Assembly: GCA_965261045.1 (NCBI GenBank) | Contig: CBDHCJ010000002.1 | Coordinates: 48,975-112,974, forward strand | Direction: 5' to 3' | Length of the DNA: 64,000 bases | DNA from: an uncultured Colwellia sp. | Lineage (GTDB): Bacteria; Pseudomonadota; Gammaproteobacteria; Enterobacterales; Alteromonadaceae | In this document: positions 44,114-55,129 of the stretch, piece after piece | Numbering within the stretch: position 1 is the stretch's first letter | Layout: every line of letters starts with the position of its first letter | Made by a program: the position numbers and the translations under genes | Notes under the pieces: generated by a model | What the model was told of the DNA's origin: nothing | The model's input: the letters and a program-made list of their open reading frames with translations, nothing else | The model's database searches: none

Positions 44114-47100
44114 TCAAAAGTGAATTCTGCCCTCTAGCTGGATAGCCTGATCCGCTCCTCGGCTGCCCTCTAGATTGCCACTGCTTTCACGGCGTTCGCC
44201 AAACAGATGCAGATCGAAGCGAGCCGTACCCTGCCAGCGTATGCCCAGACGATAGCTATTGATAGTGCCTAGGGTTATTTCGCTGTAAGGGGTTAGCAAG
44301 CCAACTAGGCTGGGGGCAAGCAGCCCATAGCTTAGCCTTGCACCTAGGCGTGCGTCGTAGTCTGGTGCGCTATAGTCCACCGCACTGTTGTGCAGGTTGG
44401 ATTGGGGTAGGCTCTGTTGCCATAGGGCGCTGGTATCGCTACTACTCCCGTTATAGCCATAGCCTGGTCTTAGACTGAATGCCAGACCAAGCTTATCAGT
44501 GCCTGGATCTAGGCTGATCAAAGCCTGAATGCCCCATTCTTTATAGTTACCCTGTCCAACTAGGGCATGCAGGTTGCCTTCTAGCGTTAGGCCAGTCAGG
44601 TTGGCGTAGCGCATACCTGCCCCGAGCACTGTGCCAGTGCCGCTGTCACCATCATAGCGGGCACCTATTTCCAGCATGGGCTTGATGCTGCCACCGGATG
44701 CCAGTGTGTATTGCCCAGCTATTTCTAGCAGGAGTCTAAACCGTTGGCTGTCGATGGTTTGTTTGGCGATATTCATATCGGCTGCTGCGTTGATGTCGGT
44801 ACGCGCTAGCAATAGGTCGCTTTTGAGGCTTAGGCCAGATATAAGCTGCCCTTTGATGCCCGCCGCCAGAGATAGAAGGTTGGTGTCAGTGCTGTGGCTG
44901 TTGTCTTCTTGCTTGATGGTTAGATCACCCTGACCATAGCCTAGGCTGCCCCACAGGTTGGCGCGGGCGTTGTTCCATGCCAGATAAGGGTGGATACTGG
45001 TCATTTTGTGGTTGTAGCTGCCCTCATCACCTTCTAGGGTATAGTCGACATCGCCTTCGCTCCAGCTTAGCATGCCCCCCAGCAGTAGGTTATCTAAGCG
45101 CTTATCAAGGCCCAGTTGGTAGCTGCTTAGATCACCTTGCCAGTCAAGATCTGAGTCGTTTTCGCTTAGGCGGGTGTAATCACCACTGCCCCATAGCGCC
45201 AGTCCTGTGTTCGCAGCACTTGCTTGATCAGCACCTGTTTGGTCAGCACTGTTCAGTGGGATCAGGAAAGAGGAGTTAGTTAACAGCTGTTTCCAGTTTA
45301 TGTTGCCGTCTTTGTGGGAGCGGGTATAGCCAGCGAGTTTTTGTAGCAGATCAGCGGTCAGTTTTTCGGTTGTTGTGGTTTCGCTGTCAAATTGTATTTG
45401 ATAACCATCAAGCTGATAGCTTGCCGTTGTTTCTGCTGATGCAAAGGCACTGTCGACACGACGCTCTACCGAGGCGGCGCTGCTAGCGACTAGTGCTTGA
45501 GTCAGACGCGGCATAATGGCTAGGTTTAGCCGTTGGATATCTTCTTCGCTAAGCCCATCAGCTAATACGGTGATGCTGAAGGTCAAGCTGGCCGTATCCG
45601 TGGCGGCGGTGTTGGTGTCGCTATCGGCTGCTATGTAGGTGTAGCTAGTGCTGGCGGTCTCCGCCTCTGGTGTACCGCTGATGGTGCGACGGGTGGTGTC
45701 AAAGGTTAGACCCTGTGGCAGGATCGGGCTTAGGCTGTAGGTTAGGGCGCCATTACCACCAGTGGCCTTGGGTAAGGTGAGCACTGGGATAGCTGTGCCA
45801 GCGGTGTAGGTGTAGGACTTGTTAGCAATCGCGGTAATCGCAGCAGAGCCGAAACTCGGTGCTGTGTCTAGCGTGATGATAACAGCATCGGTTGCGTCTG
45901 ATGTATTGTCGGTGGCATCGGTTGCGGTTGCGGTGAATGTGTTGGCGCCATCATCTAGCGTTACAGCAAGCGACCAGCGAGTACCGGTTACACTTGCGGC
46001 ACCAATGGATGTTCCATCTTTGAGTACATCAACCGTGGCCCCAGCATCAACGATGCCAGCAAGGGTAAATGATGCTGTGTTGACCGTTTGTGCTGTGGTG
46101 CTAATGGCGACTGTCGGTGCGGCAGTGTCTAACGTGATGTTAACCGCAGCAGTTGCGTCTGATCTATTGCCAGTGGCATCGCTTGCGGTTGCGGTGAATG
46201 CGTTGGCGCCATCAGTCAGTGTTACGGCAAACGTCCAGCCAGTACCCGATACGATTGCGGCACCAATGGACGTGCCTCCCTTGAGTACATCAACCGTGGA
46301 ACCCGCCTCAGTGGTGCCTTCAAGGGTAAATGATGCGTCTTTGACCGTTTGTGGTGTGGTGGTGGTAATGGTTATTGTCGGTGCGGCAGTGTCTAACGTG
46401 ATGTTAACCGCAGCGGTTGCGTCTGATGTGTTACCTGCCACATCGCTTGCGGTTGCGGTGAATGTGTTGGCGCCATCAGTCAGTGTTACGGCAAACGTCC
46501 AGCCAGTACCCGATACGATTGCGGCACCAATGGACGTGCCATCTTTGAGTACATCAACCGTGGCATCCGCCTCAATGGTAACGGTGCCAGTAAGCGTCAA
46601 TGATGCGTCTTTGACCGTTTGTGCTGTGGTAGTAATCGCGACTGTCGGTGCGGCAGTGTCTAACGTGATGTTAACCGCAGCGGTTGCGTCTGATGTGTTA
46701 CCTGCCACATCGCTTGCGGTTGCGGTGAATACGTTGGCGCCATCAGTCAGTGTTACGGCAAACGTCCAGCCAGTACCCGATACGATTGCCGCACCAATGG
46801 AAGTGCCGTCTTTGAGTACATCAACCATAGCACCCGCCTCAACGGTAACGGTGCCTTCAAGGGTAAATGATGCTTCGTTGACCGTTTGTGCTGTGGTGGT
46901 AATGGCGACTGTCGGTGCATCACTATCCAGCGTGACGGTAACCGCAGCAGTTGGGGCTGACTTGTTCATTGCCACATCACTTGCGGTTGCGGTGAATACG
47001 TTGGCGCCATCAGTCAGTGTTACGACTTTCGACCAAGTACCACCCGACACGATTGCCGCACCAATGGAATTGCCGTCTTTGAGTACATCAACCATAGCAC

Positions 47101-50019
47101 CCGCCTCAACGGTAACGGTGCCTTCAAGGGTAAATGATGCTTCGTTGACCGTTTGTGCTGTGGTGGTAATGGCGACTGTCGGTGCATCACTATCCAGCGT
47201 GACGGTAACCGCAGCGGTTGCGTCTGATCTATTGCCAGTGGCATCGCTTGCGGTTGCGGTGAATACGTTGGCGCCATCAGTCAGTGTTACAGCAAGCGAC
47301 CAAGTACCACCCGATACGCTTGCCGCACCAATGGAAGTGCCATCTTTGAGTACATCAACCATAGCACCCGCCTCAACGGTAACGGTGCCTTCAAGGGTAA
47401 ATGATGCTTCATTGACCGTTTGTGCTGTGGTGGTAATGGCGACTGTCGGTGCATCACTATCCAGCGTGACGGTAACCGCAGCGGTTGCGTCTGATGTATT
47501 GTCGGTGGCATCGGTTGCGGTTGCGGTGAATACGTTGGCGCCATCAGTCAATGTTACGACTTTCGACCAAGTACCACCCGATACGATTGCCGCACCAATG
47601 GAATTGCCGTCTTTGAGTACATCAACCATAGCACCCGCCTCAACGGTAACGGTGCCTTCAAGGGTAAATGATGCTTCGTTGACCGTTTGTGCTGTGGTGG
47701 TAATGGCGACTGTCGGTGCATCACTATCCAGCGTGACGGTAACCGCAGCGGTTGGGGCTGATGTATTGTCGGTGGCATCGGTTGCGGTTGCGGTGAATAC
47801 GTTGGCGCCATCAGTCAATGTTACGACTTTCGACCAAGTACCACCCGATACGCTTGCGGCACCAATGGAATTGCCATCTTTGAGTACATCAACCGTGGCA
47901 TCCGCCTCAGTGGTGCCTTCAAGGGTAAATGATGCTTCGTTGACCGTTTGTGCTGTGGTGGTAATGGCGACTGTCGGTGCATCACTATCCAGCGTGACGG
48001 TAACCGCAGCGGTTGCGTCTGATGTATTGTCGGTGGCATCGGTTGCGGTTGCGGTGAATACGTTGGCGCCATCAGTCAGTGTTACAGCAAGCGACCAAGT
48101 ACCACCCGATACGCTTGCGGCACCAATGGAAGTGCCATCTTTGAGTACATCAACCATAGCACCCGCCTCAACGGTAACGGTGCCTTCAAGGGTAAATGAT
48201 GCTTCGTTGACCGTTTGTGCTGTGGTGGTAATGGCGACTGTCGGTGCATCACTATCCAGCGTGACGGTAACCGCAGCGGTTGCGTCTGATGTATTGTCGG
48301 TGGCATCGGTTGCGGTTGCGGTGAATACGTTGGCGCCATCAGTCAATGTTACGACTTTCGACCAAGTACCACCCGATACGATTGCCGCACCAATGGATGT
48401 GCCATCTTTGAGTACATCAACCATAGCACCCGCCTCAACGGTAACGGTGCCTTCAAGGGTAAATGATGCTTCGTTGACCGTTTGTGCTGTGGTGGTAATG
48501 GCGACTGTCGGTGCATCACTATCCAGCGTGACGGTAACCGCAGCGGTTGGGGCTGACTTGTTCATTGCCACATCACTTGCGGTTGCGGTGAATGCGTTGG
48601 CGCCATCAGTCAGTGTTACGACTTTCGACCAAGTACCACCCGATACGATTGCGGCACCAATGGAAGTGCCATCTTTGAGTACATCAACCGTGGCATCCGC
48701 CTCAATGGTAACGGTGCCTTCAAGGGTAAATGATGCTTCGTTGACCGTTTGTGGTGTGGTGGTAATGGCGACTGTCGGTGCATCACTATCCAGCGTGACG
48801 GTAACCGCAGCGGTTGCGTCTGATCTATTGCCAGTGGCATCGGTTGCGGTTGCGGTGAATACGTTGGCGCCATCAGTCAATGTTACGACTTTCGACCAAG
48901 TACCACCAGATACGCTTGCCGCACCAATGGAAGTGCCATCTTTGAGTACATCAACCATAGCACCCGCCTCAACGGTAACGGTGCCTTCAAGGGTAAATGA
49001 TGCTTCGTTGACCGTTTTTGCTGTGGTGCTAATGGCGACTGTCGGTGCTGTGGTGTCAACTACGTTTACAGTTCGAGTTGCTGTTGCTTGGTTCGTGCCA
49101 TCGGTTGCTGTGTAGGTAATGGTGTATGTGCCTACAACATCCATAAATGCAGATGAATCAATGGTTACCGTAGAGCCATCATCAGTTGTTGCGCCAAGCT
49201 CGGTGTAACCTGCACCCAACTCAATAGTTTGTGGGGTTGCACCGTTCAGGGTGATGATTGGTGCTGTGGTGTCCGATGCTGCATTAACAGTGATGGTGAT
49301 GGTGACCTCGGAGCTGCCTCCGGGATTGCTAGCTCTGATGGTGTAAATCTCCGCACTAGCGGACATCGTTGGTGTGCCAGAGATGGAACCAGTCCTGCTA
49401 ATATAGGACAGACCGGTGTTCTCAGTCAAAGTTTTACCATTCACGCCCGTGAGACTGAAGCCGGTAATGGATGTACCACCGCTATTGGTAATGGTGATGG
49501 GGTTAGTTGTAACGGGGATGCCTACGGTGAAGGTCAGCATATTGTGGTTGACGCTGATGTTGGGAGCAGACACTCCTGGCTGAACGGATAGGGTGAAATG
49601 GGCGTTATCGCTACCAGCGTCATTGGTAGCCGTGATTGTGTATCTGATACTACCACTGCTCGTCGATGGCGTGCCCGAGATGGTGCCCGTGTTGGGGTCA
49701 ATAGACAGTCCCGCTGGCAGGTTTGGGCTGATACTGTAGGTGGCTGTACCACCGCTATTGGTAATGGTGACGGGGCTAATGGCAGTGCCCGCGTTGGCGT
49801 TCAGGAAGCTGGGACTGGGGAACGCGGGAAGGTCGGGAACCGCCTGTTGAGCATCCTCTTGAGCATTTACTGGCAGAGAAAAAGCCAGACTTAAAATAAG
49901 GAGAGGGAGAGTGTTTTTGTAATTACAAAGATTGGCTAAAAACTGCCAGAATCGCGGGGGGGGGGGGGGGGAGTAACTACATGATTATTAAGCATTTTTA
50001 TTGAAAGCGATGATTTCAT
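44114..50019 (-). CDS. Giant autotransporter adhesin (putative-Ig domains, 12 Big_3-like repeats, C-terminal beta-barrel); frameshifted at a C16 tract, likely phase-variable and OFF
   Basis: ATG at 50019 with aggggat RBS; long frame stays open from the tract to 44114; signal peptide LLILSLAFSLPVNA-QE lies upstream of the track start 49573; beta-barrel ends LEGRIHF. Confidence 0.88.
45869..49057 (-). repeat. Twelve tandem Ig-like repeat units (9 x 267 bp, 2 x 261 bp, 1 x 264 bp)
   Basis: D(S/T)(D/A/T)APTVAITTT...VTLTDGAN.FTATA units; lengths sum to the 3189-bp span. Confidence 0.92.
49956..49971. repeat. G16 (C16 on coding strand) homopolymer in the autotransporter N-terminus
   Basis: 16 consecutive G; 14 or 17 would restore the frame. 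Confidence 0.9.
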
Positions 50020-50278
50020 TTGGAATATCCCCTAATTTTCTCTAGTTTGATGGGTTATTTACACGACTTATTTTGCGGAGTGTGTGTTGTATTTATTACT
50101 TGAATCCAGCAACACCTCACCGATAGCGTTACTATAGTATAGCTCATTGAAAATTGATAGATTGATAGATTGAAAATCCCACTCACTGAATGCTTGATTG
50201 GATGTGATCAACAAACTATTCACTATGTTTGCTAACAAGAAATGCTTGCTCATACAAGTATTTCTACCAGCCAAATAT

Positions 50279-50332
50279 ATATACTCATAATACTTCAAAA
50301 TATCTGCTTCAGGACATCTGAGCAACTCATGA
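50279..50332 (+). mobile_element. Truncated ERIC-like MITE end (copy B)
   Basis: 50/54 identity with 3361..3414. Confidence 0.65.
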
Positions 50333-50412
50333 TCAAGACGCATTTTTTTATTAATGGTTATGCACTTCAAGCTTGAGTCTGTCAGATAAAAAACTGTAAA
50401 GTATTAAAAAAG

Positions 50413-50766
50413 CTAGATAGAGAAAGAAGAGCCACAGCCACACGTTGTTGAGGCATTAGGGTTGTTTACCACAAAACGGCTACCTTCTAAACTGTTGAGA
50501 TAATCAACTTCGCCGTCAACTAGGTATTGTAAGCTCATTGGATCAATAACCATAGTTACCCCTTGTTTCTCAATGGTCATATCGCCATCATTTACTTTTT
50601 CATCAAAAGTAAAGCCATACTGAAAACCAGAACAACCACCACCAGTAACATAAACTCTAAGTTTTAATTCTGGATTTTCTTCTTCCGTGATCAAAGACAA
50701 CACTTTTTTAGCTGCGGCATCGGTGAACTTAATCGGTAATTCTGGATTTGAGATAAGATCAGACAT
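50413..50766 (-). CDS. erpA: Iron-sulfur cluster insertion protein ErpA
   Basis: [26 protein letters not shown]. Confidence 0.97.
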   Translation of the reverse strand: MSDLISNPELPIKFTDAAAKKVLSLITEEENPELKLRVYVTGGGCSGFQYGFTFDEKVNDGDMTIEKQGVTMVIDPMSLQYLVDGEVDYLNSLEGSRFVVNNPNASTTCGCGSSFSI

Positions 50767-50859
50767 GGAACTCTACTTCTACTTAAAAAAAGGGGTAAAT
50801 AACATAAATCGCGGTAATTATCTTAAACCTGACTAATTTAATCAAGTATTATTCAGTTA

Positions 50860-51576
50860 TTACTCTAAAATCCAAGATTGAGCTTTATTAAGCTTTTGAT
50901 ATTTCTGCCATTTACTTTTGGTTAATATTGCCGATACTTGTATCTTTTCAGCAATAAAATCATCAGGCAAAGTAAAATCACCTGTTATGACTTTAAAATA
51001 TTTAAAGCTAAACGATAAAGTTTTTTTAGTCACAGTAGAAATGTCAGACAATTTTAATTGGCTTGGTTTATTTGCCAAACTGCCTGTTACCATTATTTCG
51101 ACATAACCTTTGGCATAGCGTTTTTTGAGCTGCTGCTGAACTAAAGTAATTTGAAAGTTATAATGATTAGGGCTTTGACTGGCTGTTATTTTTACATTAT
51201 CAATTACTAAGCCACCTGCTTCTTTCTCAGGTGCCATCACTTTTTCATAAAATGCCAGTTGCTTCTTAACCTGATAATGATCATCAGCCATTTTTTTTAG
51301 TATGACTTGCGCATTTTGATTAGCCAATTGCTCTACAGCCAATTCTACTTCCAAAGTGTGAATACGCTCAACTTGGCTCGCTTGCTCTTGGTATAAGTGT
51401 TCAAGCCGATTTTTTTGTTGTGTTAACGTGGTTATTTGAAAGTGGTGGTAAAAATTACCTACCCGATAACCAGTAAATAAACAAAGCGTCATCGAGATAG
51501 CTAAAAATAGTGCCGATTTAAATGGCCCTAAACGCTCAATAACCACGGTAAGATTTATTTTTGCTAACCAATTCAT
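50860..51576 (-). CDS. DUF6776-like conserved membrane-anchored coiled-coil protein
   Basis: LAFYEKVMAPE...LSFSFKYF...GDFTLPDDF; usual erpA neighbour by recall. Confidence 0.7.
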   Translation of the reverse strand: MNWLAKINLTVVIERLGPFKSALFLAISMTLCLFTGYRVGNFYHHFQITTLTQQKNRLEHLYQEQASQVERIHTLEVELAVEQLANQNAQVILKKMADDHYQVKKQLAFYEKVMAPEKEAGGLVIDNVKITASQSPNHYNFQITLVQQQLKKRYAKGYVEIMVTGSLANKPSQLKLSDISTVTKKTLSFSFKYFKVITGDFTLPDDFIAEKIQVSAILTKSKWQKYQKLNKAQSWILE

Positions 51577-51639
51577 GTGTAATGTATAATAACCTAATAA
51601 AAATGATGTGAACTGACACTAATCTAATTACCAATAATA

Positions 51640-53445
51640 ATGAAATATTTTCACACAATAAGAAAGCATTTGGCATTACCTAAAACCTCATGGCAAATTT
51701 GTTTGCTTGCCATAATTGGTGGCTTTGCATCAGCATTATTAGTTGTTTTGTTTACCTTAACTATTGAGGGGATCCAACAGCTATACCTAATTAAACGCGA
51801 CAACTATAACACCTTAGATAAAATAAGTCGTTTTGATTTGCCTATAGTTGGCGCACTAATTATTTTATTATTTGCTTGGTTAACTGGCTATAAATATTTA
51901 AGAACAGGTATTCCTTTTGTATTACATCGTTTAAAAGTAGCCCATGGCATTATTCCATTAAAAAACACCTTAAACCAATTTTTCGGCAGTGCCGTAGCGC
52001 TTGCTTCTGGGTTTTCAGTCGGCCGAGAAGGGCCAGCAGTACATTTGGGCGCTGCATGTAGTAGTTATTTGGGCAGCCTATTAAAGCTTCCCTATAATAG
52101 TATTCGTATTTTATGTGCTTGTGGCATTGCCGCGGGCATTGCCGCCACCTTTAACACTCCTATTGCGGCAGTGCTTTTTGTTATGGAAGTTATTATGCGT
52201 GAATATAAAGTGCATATTTTCATTCCCATCATGCTAGCTTCATTGGTTGGATCTTTAGTAACTAGCGCTATTTTTGAAACATCACACAACTTTGAGTATT
52301 TTCATAAAATTGAGTTAATCCACCAACATTATATTCCCTTAATTATACTCGCGATTTTATTGGGTGTACTTGCCGCCGCTTTTAATAAAAGCTTAGTGGG
52401 GGTAATTAAACACAGCGTAAAACTACATATAGTGCCAAAACTGATGTTAGCTGCCATGATCACCAGTAGTTTGGCTTATTTAATTCCTGAAGCAATGGGC
52501 ACAGGTGCCATTGATGTATCTTTAGCCAACAACTGGCATATCGGATTATTATTTAGTTTATTGTTGGCTAAGTTTTTAATGACTACATTTGCCTTAGGTT
52601 TAGGTATTCCAGGCGGTGTTATTGGTCCTATCATTGGTATTGGAGCGATTGCAGGCGCATTAGCAAGCGCTGTAGTTATGCAAATGTATCCAAGTGAACA
52701 TATTAGCAGTGATTTTATTTTAATGGGTATGGCTGGTTTTATGGCTGCTAGCTTAAATGCACCACTAGCGGCACTGTTAGCCGTTGTTGAATTATCTAGA
52801 CAACTAGAAATAATAGTACCCGCGATGATAGTAATCACCATTTCCAGCATAATATCTGGTCAATTATTTAAGAATCGCTCAGTATTTACTATGCAACTTG
52901 ATGTGCAAAATCTTGTTTATCGTACACCTCCCATCGAAAAAACCTTACAAAAAATCGGCGTGTTAGGGTTAATGATAGAAAAATTTGAACTGGTAGAAAA
53001 AGCATCACAACGCTCACTTGCTGGTCTTGTTGTTAGTAGTGATATAAGCGTACCTGTAATCAATAAAATTATTAGAAATACCATTGAAAGTACCGATAAA
53101 AAGAAAAACCTTGTAGAACAGGTGGATTATTTTTGGGCTGAATTTAGTGAGCAAATCCCTTTAGCTAGCAAGCCATTTAATAATACAGATGATGCACACA
53201 TGTTTGACGACACTGTTACCTATCAAATTTCAGAAAAAATGCGTTTACATCGACTTATACCTATATCTCATCAAGCTACATTAGCTGAAGCATACCAAGC
53301 ATTAATGACAAAACGTTGCGGTGGAGTATACATATATCAAAATAGTGTTAACAACATCATTGGGCTAGTTACCTTTGAACAAATTAGACAATATCTTGTT
53401 ACTGGTAAGTTAGTAACAGGAAAGTTACCGACACAAAGACATTAA
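51640..53445 (+). CDS. ClC family chloride channel/antiporter
   Basis: GFSVGREGPAVHLG selectivity motif; GIPGGVIGP. Confidence 0.93.
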   Translation: MKYFHTIRKHLALPKTSWQICLLAIIGGFASALLVVLFTLTIEGIQQLYLIKRDNYNTLDKISRFDLPIVGALIILLFAWLTGYKYLRTGIPFVLHRLKVAHGIIPLKNTLNQFFGSAVALASGFSVGREGPAVHLGAACSSYLGSLLKLPYNSIRILCACGIAAGIAATFNTPIAAVLFVMEVIMREYKVHIFIPIMLASLVGSLVTSAIFETSHNFEYFHKIELIHQHYIPLIILAILLGVLAAAFNKSLVGVIKHSVKLHIVPKLMLAAMITSSLAYLIPEAMGTGAIDVSLANNWHIGLLFSLLLAKFLMTTFALGLGIPGGVIGPIIGIGAIAGALASAVVMQMYPSEHISSDFILMGMAGFMAASLNAPLAALLAVVELSRQLEIIVPAMIVITISSIISGQLFKNRSVFTMQLDVQNLVYRTPPIEKTLQKIGVLGLMIEKFELVEKASQRSLAGLVVSSDISVPVINKIIRNTIESTDKKKNLVEQVDYFWAEFSEQIPLASKPFNNTDDAHMFDDTVTYQISEKMRLHRLIPISHQATLAEAYQALMTKRCGGVYIYQNSVNNIIGLVTFEQIRQYLVTGKLVTGKLPTQRH

Positions 53446-53455
53446 AGGAAAATTA

Positions 53456-53902
53456 ATGAACGAATTTATAATAAATCACATTTTATGGTTTAAAGCTTTT
53501 CATGTTATTTTTATGGTCGCTTGGTTCGCAGGTCTTTTTTATTTACCCCGTTTATTTGTAAATCATGCCGAAACTGCCTCGATAGAAATAGCTGAACAGC
53601 TAAAAGGCATGGAAAAACGTCTACTTTACTTTATTACTCCTTTTGCTATTTTAACGGTATTATTAGGTGTAATACTTATTTATGCCTATGGCTATGCTTG
53701 GTTTGTCACGGCAAAATGGTTACATATAAAATTATCTTTAGTGATTTTATTGCTCGGTTATCACGGCTACTGTTTTAAGCTAGTTAAAGTATTCCAACAA
53801 AACAATAACACTCGCTCTGGAAAGTTTTATCGAATATTTAACGAAATACCTGTGCTAGTATTATTTGTGGTGATTATTCTAGCTTATGTAAAACCATCCT
53901 AA
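53456..53902 (+). CDS. hemJ: Protoporphyrinogen IX oxidase HemJ
   Basis: KAFHVIFMVAWFAGLFYLPRLFVNH; RIFNEIP. Confidence 0.92.
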   Translation: MNEFIINHILWFKAFHVIFMVAWFAGLFYLPRLFVNHAETASIEIAEQLKGMEKRLLYFITPFAILTVLLGVILIYAYGYAWFVTAKWLHIKLSLVILLLGYHGYCFKLVKVFQQNNNTRSGKFYRIFNEIPVLVLFVVIILAYVKPS

Positions 53903-53996
53903 TTTTGGACAACATGGCTATCTAGCAGCTCAGAAAACTAAATGGCGATTTTAAAAAAAATTTTTTTATGCTATATTTCGGCAAATTTTTTCTCTA

Positions 53997-55019
53997 ATGC
54001 TTTTCAATATGATGAATTTTCAAGGCAGTCATATTTTGTCAGTTTCGCAATTTGATCGCGAAGCAATAGCCAGAATATTAAATGTTTCCGCACACATGGC
54101 GCCCTATGCTGCTCGCCAAAAGCGATGCACGGTTCTTGAAGGGGCTATTTTAAGTAATTTATTTTTCGAACCCAGCACTCGTACTAGAGTAAGCTTTGGC
54201 ACTGCCTTTAACTTACTAGGCGGCTATGTTCGAGAAACCGTAGGACAAGAAAATTCATCTCTAAGCAAAGGCGAATCTTTCTTTGATACGGCACAAGTGA
54301 TCAGTGGTTACTCTGATATTATCGCCATGCGTCATCCACAAATGCACTCAGTGGAGCAATTTGCCCAAGGTAGTACAGTACCGATAATTAATGGTGGCGA
54401 TGGTGCTAATGAACACCCAACACAAGCTCTATTAGATTTATTTACTATACAATCTGAAATGATGCACTTTCATAAAGCGCTAGATAAACTTGATATCGTC
54501 TTGATGGGTGATTTAAAGCACGGTCGCACAGTTCATTCATTATCAAAACTACTTAGTCTTTATAATAATGTCAAAGTAACCATGGTATCGCCCACTGCGC
54601 TGCAAATGCCTGACAGTGTTATTTCAACACTTGAAAATGCTGGCCATCAAGTAATTATCACCGATACCATGGCTGGGAACTTATCTTGTGATGTTATTTA
54701 TCAAACTCGTATTCAACAAGAGCGCTTTGCCAGCAAAGATGAAGCCGATTTATACCGCGGACATTTCAGTTTAAACAAAAACGTATATCAGCAATATTGC
54801 CGTGAAAACACCGTGATTATGCATCCGCTACCGCGTGATTCTCGCCCTGAAGCAAATGAATTAGATAACGATTTAGATGATTTAAACAGCTTAGCCATTT
54901 TCAGACAAGCACAAAACGGTGTTTTAGTCAGAATGGCATTATTTGCCTTAACTTTAGGTGTTGAAGATCAGCTAACCCAATATGAGAAAGAGGTAAACTG
55001 GCATACAAATAAGTGCTAA
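53997..55019 (+). CDS. pyrB: Aspartate carbamoyltransferase catalytic subunit
   Basis: FFEPSTRTRVSF, HPTQALLD, MHPLPR. Confidence 0.96.
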   Translation: MLFNMMNFQGSHILSVSQFDREAIARILNVSAHMAPYAARQKRCTVLEGAILSNLFFEPSTRTRVSFGTAFNLLGGYVRETVGQENSSLSKGESFFDTAQVISGYSDIIAMRHPQMHSVEQFAQGSTVPIINGGDGANEHPTQALLDLFTIQSEMMHFHKALDKLDIVLMGDLKHGRTVHSLSKLLSLYNNVKVTMVSPTALQMPDSVISTLENAGHQVIITDTMAGNLSCDVIYQTRIQQERFASKDEADLYRGHFSLNKNVYQQYCRENTVIMHPLPRDSRPEANELDNDLDDLNSLAIFRQAQNGVLVRMALFALTLGVEDQLTQYEKEVNWHTNKC

Positions 55020-55129
55020 TTACCTATTTACCTATTTACCACAACTAATATTAATTTGTATCTATTGACTGAGTGAAAATGAGTGAAAACCGACCTGTTT
55101 CAGATCAAATAAATTACAAATAACTTATA

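Noticed and set aside
45819-49115. 1098-aa plus-strand ORF and the repeated 83-85 aa minus-strand ORFs at 47020-48873
   Set aside because: Antisense and alternate-frame shadows of the Thr/Ala/Val-rich autotransporter repeats; no independent motifs or RBS.
50042-50054. 13-mer agtttgatgggtt shared with 61086..61098
   Set aside because: Too short to distinguish from chance without genome-wide counts; may be a MITE end but unsupported here.
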